DNA from: Gemmatimonadota bacterium
Lineage (GTDB): Bacteria > Gemmatimonadota > Gemmatimonadetes > Gemmatimonadales > GWC2-71-9
NCBI GenBank assembly: GCA_039586365.1
Contig: JBDHKN010000018.1
Location: 1-64,000, forward strand
Length of the DNA stretch: 64,000 bases
Direction: 5' to 3'
Part shown: positions 49,177 to 59,209 of the stretch, piece after piece
Layout of the letters: every line of letters begins with the position of its first letter
How positions within the stretch are numbered: the first letter of the stretch is position 1
Translations under genes and position numbers: made by a program
The notes under the pieces: generated by a model
Database searches by the model: none
Told to the model about the DNA's origin: nothing
Seen by the model: only the letters and a program-made list of their open reading frames with translations

Positions 49177-51024
49177 ATGAGTGACATACCTGAAGCCCTT
49201 GGCGTTGCTCTGGCCGATCGCTACGAGCTGGATCGGGTGGTCGGTCGTGGAGGGATGGCTACCGTCTACCTCGCCCGCGATCTGAAACACGGTCGAGAGG
49301 TCGCACTCAAAGTGTTGCGGCCGGATCTCGCAGCATCCATCGGAACGGATCGCTTCCTCGTCGAGATCGAGATAGCAGCGCGGCTCACTCACCCGCACAT
49401 CGTACCGCTGCATGACTCCGGCGAAGCCGAGGGATTTCTCTACTACGTGATGCCGTTCGTGGAGGGTAAATCCCTGCGCGCATTGCTCAACCGTGAACGC
49501 CAGATCGAGCTCGCTACCGCCGTGTCTATCACCGTGCAGGTAGCCGATGCATTGAGTTACGCCCATCGGATGGGTGTGCTGCACCGCGACATTAAGCCGG
49601 AGAACATCTTGCTGTCAGGACGCCACGCCTTCGTCACCGACTTCGGAATTGCCAAGGCACTGAGTTCGGCTGGCGGTCCCAAACTCACACGGTCAGGGTT
49701 TCCGCTGGGCACAGTTGGGTACATGAGTCCGGAGCAGGCAGCCGGTGTCCGGGACATTGACGTGCGGTCGGATGTGTACGGGTTGGCCTGCGTTCTGTAT
49801 GAAATGTTGGTTGGGGACACTCCGGGACTGTGGCTCACGGAAGAGGCAGTGCGGTTGGGCCGACTCGTAGATGCTGAGGCCAATCATCGTACTCAGCTCG
49901 ATAAGCTCCCGGGGCGGGTAGAGCAGGTTCTCGCGCGGGGTTTGGCTATGCGACCGACCGACCGGTATCCCACACCCACCGGTTTCGCTGACGCGCTGGT
50001 TGCCGTGTTGGGCACCACTGATGTGAAGTTCCGAGAGATCCAGGTTCAGCAAATAATCGGGCGCGCGGCGCAACTACAAGCAGAGTCACCACTCGATGAG
50101 GATGCGTTCTCGCTTGGCACGTTAGAGCAAGTTGCTGCCGAAGTTGGCATCCCCCCGGAGCGCGTGCGTGAAGCCGTAGAGCAGCTGGGTGACCCTGTCA
50201 CTCCGGAGAATCTGGAGCAATGGGGGCCTCCTCCTAGCAGCAGTGTCGGCTTTAGTGACACCGAAGTGCGTCAGATCATAGAGCGGGCAGTTGAGCTGGA
50301 GGCGAAGTATTCGGGTGAGCAGGCGGCATTGACGGAGGGTGGCCTCGAATTGGTGGCGGCCGAGGTCGGTATACCGCCCGAACGTGTGCATGAGGCTATT
50401 GGAGAATTGCGGCGGCTGCCCGATCACGCAGCTGTCGCGGGGACTCCTCCCGGACCGTGGAAACCGGCAGCGGTGGTGGTGGACCGGACGATTGGACATG
50501 AGATCACCGAGTCGGAGTTCGTACTGATGGTCGAAGAGATTCGGGGGGTGCTTGGTGCCAGGGGCCAGATAACCAACCTGGGCGCGTCTTTGACGTGGAG
50601 CACAGAACCACGCTATGCTGGCGACCGGGACGTGCAGATCGTAATGAGTCCCAGTTCCGACGGCACCCAAATCCACGTGGAAGAGCGCCTGCGGATTCTC
50701 GGTCGCGAGATCGGGGGCAGCGTAGCGGGGTGGGCGATTGGAGGTCTCGTCGGGATCGCGGTGGCGCTGGGATTCGGCGCCGTGGATACATCAATCGTAC
50801 CACTGTTCGGGATCAGCTTCTCAGCAGCGGGTGCCTACGTAGCTCACCGGTCGATCTTCGAGAGCACGGTGCTACAGCGGAGGCGGCAGCTGGAGGACCT
50901 CGCCGATCGGTTAGTGACTCGTGTTAGGCAGTCGGCCAGCGGCCGAGAGCGGTCCGCGTTCGGCTTTCAGCCTCCGGCTGTCAGCGGTCAGCAGGCACCC
51001 TCAAGTTTGCCTGGTAGTAACTAG
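49177..51024 (+). CDS. Hanks-type Ser/Thr protein kinase with C-terminal membrane region
   Basis: GRGGMATVY, VALK, HRDIKPEN, DFG, YMSPEQ; two C-terminal TM helices. Confidence 0.93.
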   Translation: MSDIPEALGVALADRYELDRVVGRGGMATVYLARDLKHGREVALKVLRPDLAASIGTDRFLVEIEIAARLTHPHIVPLHDSGEAEGFLYYVMPFVEGKSLRALLNRERQIELATAVSITVQVADALSYAHRMGVLHRDIKPENILLSGRHAFVTDFGIAKALSSAGGPKLTRSGFPLGTVGYMSPEQAAGVRDIDVRSDVYGLACVLYEMLVGDTPGLWLTEEAVRLGRLVDAEANHRTQLDKLPGRVEQVLARGLAMRPTDRYPTPTGFADALVAVLGTTDVKFREIQVQQIIGRAAQLQAESPLDEDAFSLGTLEQVAAEVGIPPERVREAVEQLGDPVTPENLEQWGPPPSSSVGFSDTEVRQIIERAVELEAKYSGEQAALTEGGLELVAAEVGIPPERVHEAIGELRRLPDHAAVAGTPPGPWKPAAVVVDRTIGHEITESEFVLMVEEIRGVLGARGQITNLGASLTWSTEPRYAGDRDVQIVMSPSSDGTQIHVEERLRILGREIGGSVAGWAIGGLVGIAVALGFGAVDTSIVPLFGISFSAAGAYVAHRSIFESTVLQRRRQLEDLADRLVTRVRQSASGRERSAFGFQPPAVSGQQAPSSLPGSN

Positions 51025-51129
51025 GCCAGCCGAGCGTGCGTTGAGACGAGGCACACCAGCGGCAAGCAGTTGAGACCGGCGCTCCACAACACCTAGGGCT
51101 TGCGCTCTTACGATGATTTCAGTATCGCC

Positions 51130-51206
51130 CTCCCGGCTCCCGGCTCCCGGCTCCCGGCTCCCGGCTCCCGGCTCCCGGCTCCCGGCTCCCGGCTCCCGGC
51201 TCCCGG
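51130..51206. repeat. Perfect heptamer tandem repeat (CTCCCGG)11
   Basis: 11 identical units 3 nt past the stop of the minus-strand permease. Confidence 0.95.
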
Positions 51207-51209
51207 CTG

Positions 51210-53933
51210 CTATTCTGCCCGCAATGCTTCTATTGGGCTGCATCGTGTCGCCCGTAGGGCTGGGGCGTAGCTGGCCCCCACGGCGACACCGATGAGGATC
51301 AGTGCGATTCCTCCGAGGGTTACGGGGTCGGTGGGACTTATGCCGAACAGCATGCTGCGCAACTGCGCTGCCAGGGGGACAGCAAGCCCGAAGCCGATGA
51401 TCAACCCGACCATGACCAACCGGATCCCGTCCCAAACAACCATGTAACGCAGGTCAGTCGTATGAGCACCCAACGCCACGCGGATTCCGAACTCACGGGT
51501 CCGTTGGGAAACGGTGTATGCTAGAATGCCGTACAACCCAATTGCGGCCAGCAACAGTCCGACTCCGCCGAAGACGCTAGCGAGCAGCGTCGTGGCCCTG
51601 CTCGGCAGCAGGGCGATTCCCATGATATCCTCATACGAGGTGTTCGCGTCGACCGGGACTTCGGGGTCAAGGTCATGCATGATGTCGCGTAGATGCTCAG
51701 CTAGCGCACCCTCATCCCCACTGAAGCGGGCAACCATGACCAGATCGGCGTGGGGCTGCTGCTCGTATGGGACGTACACGAAGGAGCGCTGTTCCTCGCC
51801 GAGCGTACGGTACTTGGAGTTGCGAACGACACCCACCACTTCGATTTCGGGATCATCGGCTGTGCCCAGGCGGATCCGCTTGCCAAGAGCAGTCTCGCCT
51901 GGCCAGGTTCGAATGGCAAAGGCCTGGTTCACGATTGCCACCAAGGGAGAACCTCCCTTGTCGGAACTGTTGAAGTCACGTCCTTGTAGGATCGGGATTC
52001 GGAAGGTGGCGAAGAAGTTCGGCGTCACGATGGCATAGTCGATCTCGGGCCACTCTTCCTGGTCAACTGGCTCACGAGCCGGTATGGAGTAAGTAATCGA
52101 ATGTCCCCCTAGAGTAACGGGCGGCCAGTTGGTGAGGGCCACCGACTCCACCTGCGGCAAGGCGATCGCGCGGTCCATGAGGTCGTGCGAGAGCTGAGCA
52201 GCTGTTTCGGCCGTGTAGTTCCGATGGAAGTCGAGTTCGCTACTGAAGAAGTGGACGTTCTGAGGATCGAAGCCAAGGTCGGCTGAGTTGGCCTGTGATA
52301 GCCCCCGAGCAAACAGCCCGGCGACGACCAGCAGCAGGGCCGAGCCCGAAACTTGTAGGACGACGAAGGTGTCTCGGAGCCGTCTGCGTAACCGCCGCCA
52401 GCCGCGGGCTTCGGCCTTGAGCGCGGTGTTCAGGTCCGGTCTTGTCACCTGTAGAGCCGGTGTCAGGCCGAACGCGATACCGGTGAGCATTGCGACCAAG
52501 AGCGAGAACGCGAGTACTCGATGGTCCAGCGACAAGTCGAGCACCAGAGGAACGTCGATGGGCAGCTGAAAACTGCTCAAGAGCTTGGTGACGTAGCCAG
52601 CGATGAGTACTGCACCGACAGCACCCAGTAGGAAGAGAATGATGCTCTCGGTGAGTAGCTGGCGGATGACTCGCGCGCGTGCCGCGCCAAGCGCCAGTCG
52701 CAGTGCGACCTCTCGGTTGCGCCGTTCGGCACGGGACAACAACATGCTGCCGACGTTGATGCTCGCGATCAGCAGAACGATACCGGACAACAAGAACAGG
52801 AACAACGATATGGCGAACGCTCCTGTCATCGCCCGCGGCGAGAGCGAGTCGTACGGTTCAATCCTGATCCCGTGGTCCGGGTTGTTCTTGGGGAATTCGG
52901 CCCGGAGGCTGGCGCTGACCACGTTGAACGCGGCTTCGGCCTGTTCCCGGGATACTCCCTCCCTCAGACGTGCCAGCGGCCTCACCCACGACTCGGTGCG
53001 ATCCGTGTGGTTGCGTTCGCTGAAGATGGCGGGTGCCGAGCCCATTCCGAGCCACACACCGATCTCCATGATGGTGATGGGTCCCCGGAAACCAGCTTCA
53101 GTAACCCCAACGATAGTGAACGGCTGCTGGTTGACCCGTACTGTCCGCCCGACCACCGAGGAGTCCCCGCCGTACTGCCTCGTCCACGTTCCGTGACTCA
53201 ACACGGCAACCAGAGGTGCGCCGTCACGATCTTCCTCGGGAAGAAAGAACCGTCCCAGCGCCAAGCGAGTCCCCATCACCTGGAGCAGATCGTGCGTCGC
53301 CAGGAAACCCACTGTGGCCCCGGATTGGGTCGCACCTTCCACACTTACAGTAGCGAGCGCCATCCCAGCCAGATCCACCAGCTCGCTGGTTCCCTCCCGA
53401 TAGGCTAGGTAGTTGGGATACGACATGTCCTCTTCGTTGGAGCCATCCTCGGTTACCGTGCGGACCTTGACCAGATCATTCCAGTTGCGCATGCCGGGAG
53501 CTGGTCTCAAGAGGACCGAGTTCACTACGCTAAAGATCGTCGTCGTTGCACCGATTCCGATGGCGAGCGTGACTGCGGCCATCAAGGTGAACGTCGGTGA
53601 CTTTCTCAGGATGCGGCCGGCGAAACGGATGTCCTGGGCTAATGTCTCCCAGACGGGCGCACGGTTGCGGGGAGATCGGTGGTTGCCGCGGTTCGGCTGA
53701 TTCTGCCCCGTGTGGCGGCCTGGTAGCCGGTTGGAGAGACGTTCCAACGTGTACCGCGCTGCAGCGAAGCAAGCCTGATAGGAATACCACATGCTACTCG
53801 ACAACCGACCCTGCGAGATCCGTCGCTCGACGTACATCTCGTGGAGGTCGCCGAGCACTCCATCTCGAGCCGCTCCCGCTGGTAGCAGTGCTGCTGCCAG
53901 GGCCCGGGCTATGCGAGGCGGTCGCGGATTCAT
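51210..53933 (-). CDS. ADOP-type duplicated MacB/FtsX ABC permease
   Basis: TLAIGIGATTTIFSVVN, REVALRLALGA, REFGIRVALGA; ATGA overlap with padR. Confidence 0.92.
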   Translation of the reverse strand: MNPRPPRIARALAAALLPAGAARDGVLGDLHEMYVERRISQGRLSSSMWYSYQACFAAARYTLERLSNRLPGRHTGQNQPNRGNHRSPRNRAPVWETLAQDIRFAGRILRKSPTFTLMAAVTLAIGIGATTTIFSVVNSVLLRPAPGMRNWNDLVKVRTVTEDGSNEEDMSYPNYLAYREGTSELVDLAGMALATVSVEGATQSGATVGFLATHDLLQVMGTRLALGRFFLPEEDRDGAPLVAVLSHGTWTRQYGGDSSVVGRTVRVNQQPFTIVGVTEAGFRGPITIMEIGVWLGMGSAPAIFSERNHTDRTESWVRPLARLREGVSREQAEAAFNVVSASLRAEFPKNNPDHGIRIEPYDSLSPRAMTGAFAISLFLFLLSGIVLLIASINVGSMLLSRAERRNREVALRLALGAARARVIRQLLTESIILFLLGAVGAVLIAGYVTKLLSSFQLPIDVPLVLDLSLDHRVLAFSLLVAMLTGIAFGLTPALQVTRPDLNTALKAEARGWRRLRRRLRDTFVVLQVSGSALLLVVAGLFARGLSQANSADLGFDPQNVHFFSSELDFHRNYTAETAAQLSHDLMDRAIALPQVESVALTNWPPVTLGGHSITYSIPAREPVDQEEWPEIDYAIVTPNFFATFRIPILQGRDFNSSDKGGSPLVAIVNQAFAIRTWPGETALGKRIRLGTADDPEIEVVGVVRNSKYRTLGEEQRSFVYVPYEQQPHADLVMVARFSGDEGALAEHLRDIMHDLDPEVPVDANTSYEDIMGIALLPSRATTLLASVFGGVGLLLAAIGLYGILAYTVSQRTREFGIRVALGAHTTDLRYMVVWDGIRLVMVGLIIGFGLAVPLAAQLRSMLFGISPTDPVTLGGIALILIGVAVGASYAPALRATRCSPIEALRAE

Positions 53934-54262
53934 GATTCGTCCAGCCTTGTCTCGAGGCCGCTCCAGAGGTTGAGCATCGCCGCGCGGACTTGCCGGATAG
54001 CTTGAAGACCTGCTTCCGTGACGGTGACGAATCGTTTGGGTCGGCCACCGCGGTTGGGAGCCGAGCTACCCATCCGGGATTGCAGGTAGCCCTTGGCCTC
54101 CAGGCGATCCAGTGTGACCGAGAGAGATCCGCTGGGAACGCGACGGCCTGTTTCGCGCTGGATCTCGCGGATGATGGCTGTGCCGTACGCCTCTTGGCCG
54201 AGCCTGAGGACGGCCGCGAGCACCACGTGCTCGAATTCGCCGAGGTATGATGTGCCACCCAT
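53930..54262 (-). CDS. PadR-family transcriptional regulator
   Basis: LGEFEHVVL, AYG, TLDRLEAKG, RGGRPKR. Confidence 0.92.
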   Translation of the reverse strand: MGGTSYLGEFEHVVLAAVLRLGQEAYGTAIIREIQRETGRRVPSGSLSVTLDRLEAKGYLQSRMGSSAPNRGGRPKRFVTVTEAGLQAIRQVRAAMLNLWSGLETRLDES

Positions 54263-54280
54263 TACAAGCTGACTTTGTAA
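54262..54280. promoter_or_regulatory. Putative PadR operator, TTACAA-N7-TTGTAA, touching the start codon
   Basis: Perfect inverted repeat. Confidence 0.6.
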
Positions 54281-54426
54281 GGTTGATGGTCCCTACGGGG
54301 CGAGTTTTGAGGAAGTTTCGGGAGCAGGGAGCCGGGGGCAGCTCGTTGACCGTCCAGGGATTGGGGCTGGCTTGGGGGGCCAAGGGGCTGAAGCTCTGAG
54401 ACTCCAGCCCCCGTGATCTGGTCGGT

Positions 54427-55959
54427 CTACCTGTGCAAATCCATTTCTCCCAGTGCCCAAATGGCCCAGCGCCGCACCTCGGGACTCTCATCCTTGAGGG
54501 CTGCGGTCAGAGCCTCGGCTGCCCGGCCGTCGCCGATTTCGCCGAGTGCCCAGGCCGACCATCGACGCACCTGGTCGACGTCGTCCTGCAGCAGAGCTGC
54601 GGTCAGTGCGTCGACAGCTCGTGAATCGCTTATCTCACCAAGTGCCCATGCGGCCCAGCGCCGCGCCTCAGCGTAGGAGTCTCGCTGGAGCGCGACCGAA
54701 AGAGCTTCTACCGCTCGGGGATCTCCGATCTCACCCAGCGCCCAGGCAGCCCAGCGACGGGCCTCAGCGTGGGAGTCTCGCTGGACGGTGACCGAGAGGG
54801 CGTCGACGGCTCGGGGATCCCCTATCTCACCCAGCGCCCAGGCAGCCCAGCGACGGGCCTCAGCGTGTGTTTCGTCCTGGAGTGATGCTGCCAGCCCGTC
54901 CACTGCCCGCGCGTCGCCTATCTCCCCCAGCGCCCAGGCTGCCCAGCGTCGCGTCTCACCATGGGTGTCGTCTCTCACTGTCGCCGATAGTGGACCGACT
55001 GCTCGGGAGTCTCCTATCTCCCCCAGCGCCCAGGCTGCCCAGCGGCGGGTCTCACCGTTTTGGTCGTCTCTCAGCGCCACCACGAGCGCGTCGACTCCCC
55101 GCGGGTCCCCGATTTCACCCAGTGCCCAGGCGGCCCAGCGACGCGCCTCCGCATAGCTGTCTTTCCAGACCGCGACTGCAAGGGCTTCGACCGCACCCGG
55201 ATCCCCTATCTCACCCAACGCCCAAGCGGCCCAACGGCGAACCTCGTTATCGGGGTCGTTCAGTAGCGCGTCCGCCAGCGCCTCGAGAGCTCGTGGGTCC
55301 TGCAACTCACCCAAGGCCTGGGCGACCGACTTCCGCACGTGAGCATCTTCGTCCTGCAATGATCCGAGCAGGGCGTTGAGGCTCAAGCCCCTCGCCCGAG
55401 CCGCTTGTTCCTCGTAATCCGCCGCGGCGGCTTCTGCGGCCGCTTGTGCTGCCTCTTGGGCTATCTCCATCGCCATGCGAATGGCGTCCGCAATCGACTC
55501 CGTGTCGATTTCGATGGCGGTCTCTCCGGCGAAAATGGGTTCGTCAGCGAAGATTGGTTCCTCGTCGTGGTCGGCCGATCTCATGAGCCCAGCGACTGCG
55601 ACAGTGCCGGGCACCAGTAGCGCCACGAGCCCGGCAGCCCACAAAGCCGGCCTGGGCACCTTCCGCCGGCGTTTCTGACTGGTGCCCAGAGGTGCGACCA
55701 TGGCTCTGTCAGACACTCCGGCCACGATGCCAGGCCAGAGGTCGTTTTCTGGGGTCCCTTCGGTCGGTAGGGAGTTGACTGCCACTACCGTGGCCTTCAG
55801 TTCGTCGAGTTTGGCCGTGCAGGCCTTACACGAATCGAGGTGCTGGCGCACAAAAGCGTCAGCATTGGCGTTCAACTCCTCATCGAAGAATGCGGATAGC
55901 AGTTCTTCGACGACATCGCATTCGCTGCCTTCTCGGTCCAAAAAATCGTGCTCAGTCAT
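54427..55959 (-). CDS. Anti-sigma factor: zf-HC2 domain, TM helix and HEAT-repeat domain
   Basis: C...HLDSCKAC; TM LWAAGLVALLV; ten ~32-aa HEAT repeats; ATGA overlap with the sigma gene. Confidence 0.85.
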   Translation of the reverse strand: MTEHDFLDREGSECDVVEELLSAFFDEELNANADAFVRQHLDSCKACTAKLDELKATVVAVNSLPTEGTPENDLWPGIVAGVSDRAMVAPLGTSQKRRRKVPRPALWAAGLVALLVPGTVAVAGLMRSADHDEEPIFADEPIFAGETAIEIDTESIADAIRMAMEIAQEAAQAAAEAAAADYEEQAARARGLSLNALLGSLQDEDAHVRKSVAQALGELQDPRALEALADALLNDPDNEVRRWAAWALGEIGDPGAVEALAVAVWKDSYAEARRWAAWALGEIGDPRGVDALVVALRDDQNGETRRWAAWALGEIGDSRAVGPLSATVRDDTHGETRRWAAWALGEIGDARAVDGLAASLQDETHAEARRWAAWALGEIGDPRAVDALSVTVQRDSHAEARRWAAWALGEIGDPRAVEALSVALQRDSYAEARRWAAWALGEISDSRAVDALTAALLQDDVDQVRRWSAWALGEIGDGRAAEALTAALKDESPEVRRWAIWALGEMDLHR

Positions 55960-56591
55960 TTGAGCAATGCCTCCCGCACGAGCCGTCGTGCTCTGTTCAG
56001 CTGAGACTTGACCGTTCCTTCAGCCACTTCGGTCATCTCGGCGATTTCCCGATATCTGTAACCCTCGATGTCATGGAGGATGAGGACCTCCTTGGCGCCT
56101 GGGGGGAGTGTGGCGATAGCCCTCTCCAGGTCCATCTTGGTCTCTGGCATGGCCATCTTAAGCCCGCTCTCGAACTGCTCCAGGTCGGGCGTCTCGGTGA
56201 TTCTGCTATCGTGGCGCTTCTGTGACCTGATGTGACCCAGTACGACGTTCGTTCCCAACCGGTGGAGCCAAGTACCGAAAGCACTCTCGAACCTGAAAGA
56301 CTTGATGGTCTCCCAAGTCCTGATAAAGATGTCCTGCGTGAGTTCCTCGGCGCGCTGGTGGTCGCTCACCATACGTAGCGACAGCGCGTACATCCGGCGT
56401 ACGTAGGCTTCGTAGAGGCGCTCGAAAGCCCCGGCATCGCCGGTCTGGGCCCGCTGTACCAAATCGTCCTCGTCCCACGCAGGGGCACGCTCGAGTGTGT
56501 CTTGCACGTTTACCCCAGGTTCATCGACCGCTCTCGCCTGACTGGCTTGAGACGAAATCCAATATTGATTCCTGAGCGCTGACACCGCCAT
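55956..56591 (-). CDS. ECF RNA polymerase sigma factor
   Basis: AEELTQDIF, FGTWLHR, YREIAEM...GTVKSQLNRAR; start ATG 56591 after GGAG. Confidence 0.93.
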   Translation of the reverse strand: MAVSALRNQYWISSQASQARAVDEPGVNVQDTLERAPAWDEDDLVQRAQTGDAGAFERLYEAYVRRMYALSLRMVSDHQRAEELTQDIFIRTWETIKSFRFESAFGTWLHRLGTNVVLGHIRSQKRHDSRITETPDLEQFESGLKMAMPETKMDLERAIATLPPGAKEVLILHDIEGYRYREIAEMTEVAEGTVKSQLNRARRLVREALLK

Positions 56592-56642
56592 GGCAACTCC
56601 TTGAAGGGAACCGAACATCGGTTTCGGTTCGTCGTCACCAGT

Positions 56643-56670
56643 TTGGATGCCGCAGGCGCCTGTTTGGTTC
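56643..56670 (-). promoter_or_regulatory. Putative autoregulatory ECF promoter GAACC-N16-CATCCAA
   Basis: AAC-containing -35 and TCCAA-type -10 at ECF spacing, about 50 nt upstream of the sigma gene. Confidence 0.6.
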
Positions 56671-56729
56671 GAAGGGGTGGCGGCGGTCGGCGTTGGGTCA
56701 TGAGCGTCAATTCGGTATTGTCGAGCCGC

Positions 56730-58484
56730 TCAGGCGCTGGCTCTAACTCCTTGTGAGACACTGCGATAGAGGACGAAGCCAGCGGCAGCAGCGGCGATAA
56801 TATAGCTGAGTCCAGCGGCGACGCCTTCCAGGATCACTTTGCCCACCGCGAAGAGGCCACAGTAGATGAACGCCAAGCCGGCACACCAATCGATGACGTC
56901 GGACCAGCCCATTCGGTCTACATTGATGCTGCTCCGACGAGCAATGGGACCCCACCAGGGGGACCCTGGGCGCACCAATTCGTAGAACTCCGTCAGTTTC
57001 TTCGGATCGGTCGGTGGCGTCACCAATGCCACTGTCAGCCAGCACAACGTCGACATGCCTGCCGTGACTATCAGATGCCAACCGAACTCCATTGCCGGAT
57101 TCATCAAGTGAATACTTACGTAGACCAGGGCCGTCGACACCCAGGCTGCGATCTCGCTCCAGGCATTGACTCGCCACCACCACCACCGCATCACGTAGAC
57201 ACCTCCAATGCCAACCGTCATGCCGAAGAAGAGTTCCCAGGCGCCGCGGATAGACTGCATCATGTAGGCTGTAGTTCCGCCAACCAGCATGAGTACAATG
57301 ACCAGCAATCTGGATGTCGTCACGTAGTGCTTCTCACTTGCTCGTGTGTTGATGAATGGTCTGTAGCAGTCGTTCACCAACAACGACACGCCCCAGTTGA
57401 GGAGGGTGTCTATTGTACTCATGAAAGCTGCCAGCAGGCTGGCGACCATGACGCCCAACAGCCCCACCGGCATGAATTGCACGATCATCATCGGATAGCC
57501 CAGTTCCCTATCCTCCAGTTCGGGGAATACCACCAAGGATATGAGTCCCACTACGATCCAGGGCCATGGTCGCAGGACATAGTGGGCGAAGCAGAACCAC
57601 AACACACCCAGGAAACTGTGCTCCTCGTTCTTGGCAGCTAGCATCCGTTGCACCATGTAGCTGGTACCACCGGCGTCCCTGGTAGCCCACCAGTTGACAC
57701 CGATCAGGGCAACAAATGTGAGCAGGGGTAGAGAATTGCTACCCGCTGTGGGGAAGAAGCTGAGAATACCATCCAGCGAATCGCCGTACTGTTCGGCCAG
57801 TCGAAGCTTGAGCTGGCTGATTCCACCTATGTCCCCAACCGCAATCACAGCGAGTGCGATAGCCCCGGCCATGGCCAAGAGGAACTGCACGAAATCAGTC
57901 ATCACCACGCCCCAGAAACCGGAGAGCACCGTGTACGCCACGGCGACGACCAGACACAAGAGGATTCCGAACCAGCGGCCATCAATCACGCCATCGATGC
58001 CAAGGCGCGCGGTTACTGCATCGAGGTCGATCAAGACACCCATGATCTTGACCATGGCCAGTATCACCCATCCCATGATGATGCAGTTGAGGACTGCTCC
58101 CTCCCATATGCTCCGGAATACCCGCAGGGCAACAGCGGGTCGACCTGAGTAACGAAGTTTGACCAGCTCCACATCGGTGATGACGCCGGCGCGACGCCAC
58201 AGGCGGGCGAAGAAGAACGTGGCCATGAGGTGAGCTGCCGCGAAGTTCCAGATGAACCACACCCCAGAAATACCGTCGTTCGCTACCAACCCGGTGACCG
58301 CCAGGGGGGTATCCGCCGCGAACATTGTGGCAACTATGGAGGTGCCGAGTATCCACCAAGGAAGGTTCCGTCCGGAGAGGAAATACTGGGTGATGTCCCG
58401 ACCCGCCCGGCGCCGGTATACGAATCCGATGCCGAGAGCGAAGATCATGTACAGTGCAACGATCGCCCAGTCGAGTGGGGCCAT
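56730..58484 (-). CDS. Sodium:solute symporter family protein
   Basis: YFLSGRNLPWW, ATMFAADTPL, QRMLAAKNE, AAFMSTID. Confidence 0.92.
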   Translation of the reverse strand: MAPLDWAIVALYMIFALGIGFVYRRRAGRDITQYFLSGRNLPWWILGTSIVATMFAADTPLAVTGLVANDGISGVWFIWNFAAAHLMATFFFARLWRRAGVITDVELVKLRYSGRPAVALRVFRSIWEGAVLNCIIMGWVILAMVKIMGVLIDLDAVTARLGIDGVIDGRWFGILLCLVVAVAYTVLSGFWGVVMTDFVQFLLAMAGAIALAVIAVGDIGGISQLKLRLAEQYGDSLDGILSFFPTAGSNSLPLLTFVALIGVNWWATRDAGGTSYMVQRMLAAKNEEHSFLGVLWFCFAHYVLRPWPWIVVGLISLVVFPELEDRELGYPMMIVQFMPVGLLGVMVASLLAAFMSTIDTLLNWGVSLLVNDCYRPFINTRASEKHYVTTSRLLVIVLMLVGGTTAYMMQSIRGAWELFFGMTVGIGGVYVMRWWWWRVNAWSEIAAWVSTALVYVSIHLMNPAMEFGWHLIVTAGMSTLCWLTVALVTPPTDPKKLTEFYELVRPGSPWWGPIARRSSINVDRMGWSDVIDWCAGLAFIYCGLFAVGKVILEGVAAGLSYIIAAAAAGFVLYRSVSQGVRASA

Positions 58485-58707
58485 GGTCGAGTCTATTGCG
58501 CGGACTGCGGATCCGCCATAGGCCGATGGGGAGTCGGCCCCCTACCTTACTCGGAGGGCAGCCAACGGATCAACTCACGCTGCTCACCTGGCAGGAATCA
58601 AGCTGGCGGCCAGGGAGGTCAGTGCCAGTGGTAACAGGGCGTCTGTTTCAGGCGGAACAGGACGCAGATCAGATGTGGGAGAATCGGTGGCTCGCAGCTA
58701 TCAGCTG

Positions 58708-59148
58708 TCAAAACGTCACAGTCACCCAGTCACCTTTCAGCATCTCGGTTAGGGGAACGCCCATGTATTTCACTTCGACCCCGAGTCCCTCCAGCTGCCC
58801 CGAGACTCCGTAGCCGTCGGCGCATGCCTTGCAGGCGACGAGCTCGATCCCTGCATCTTTCATCTTGGTAACCTCCGTCTGAAGTTCTGCATCTTCAGAC
58901 AGGAGCTTTGATGAAGGTCCCCACACGATGAGTGTGACCTCGTCGAACCAGCTGCGACTCTTCGCGTTGAGTGTGTACATGAATACCATCTTCAACGCGA
59001 CATCCCGATCGCCACTGGTCCACACGACGGCCAGCTTAGATGGAGCGGGACTTTGGTGCTGTGCCCACAGGTGTCCTCGGGTGGTGGTCACCACAGCCGA
59101 AGTTCCTACACACAGCAGTGCTATGATGAACAACGTGGGGCGTTTCAT
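58708..59148 (-). CDS. DsrE-family protein with signal peptide
   Basis: IVWGPS and ACKACAD motifs; RBS AAGGAG. Confidence 0.8.
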   Translation of the reverse strand: MKRPTLFIIALLCVGTSAVVTTTRGHLWAQHQSPAPSKLAVVWTSGDRDVALKMVFMYTLNAKSRSWFDEVTLIVWGPSSKLLSEDAELQTEVTKMKDAGIELVACKACADGYGVSGQLEGLGVEVKYMGVPLTEMLKGDWVTVTF

Positions 59149-59209
59149 GCTGACTCCTTTGACAGCTGACAGCTGTCAACAGGTGTGTCATAGTTGCGGG
59201 CTGACTCTG

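Noticed and set aside
54436..55341. CRISPR array or DGR repeat suggested by ~96-bp periodicity
   Set aside because: These are in-frame protein HEAT repeats with synonymous variation; no cas or reverse transcriptase gene
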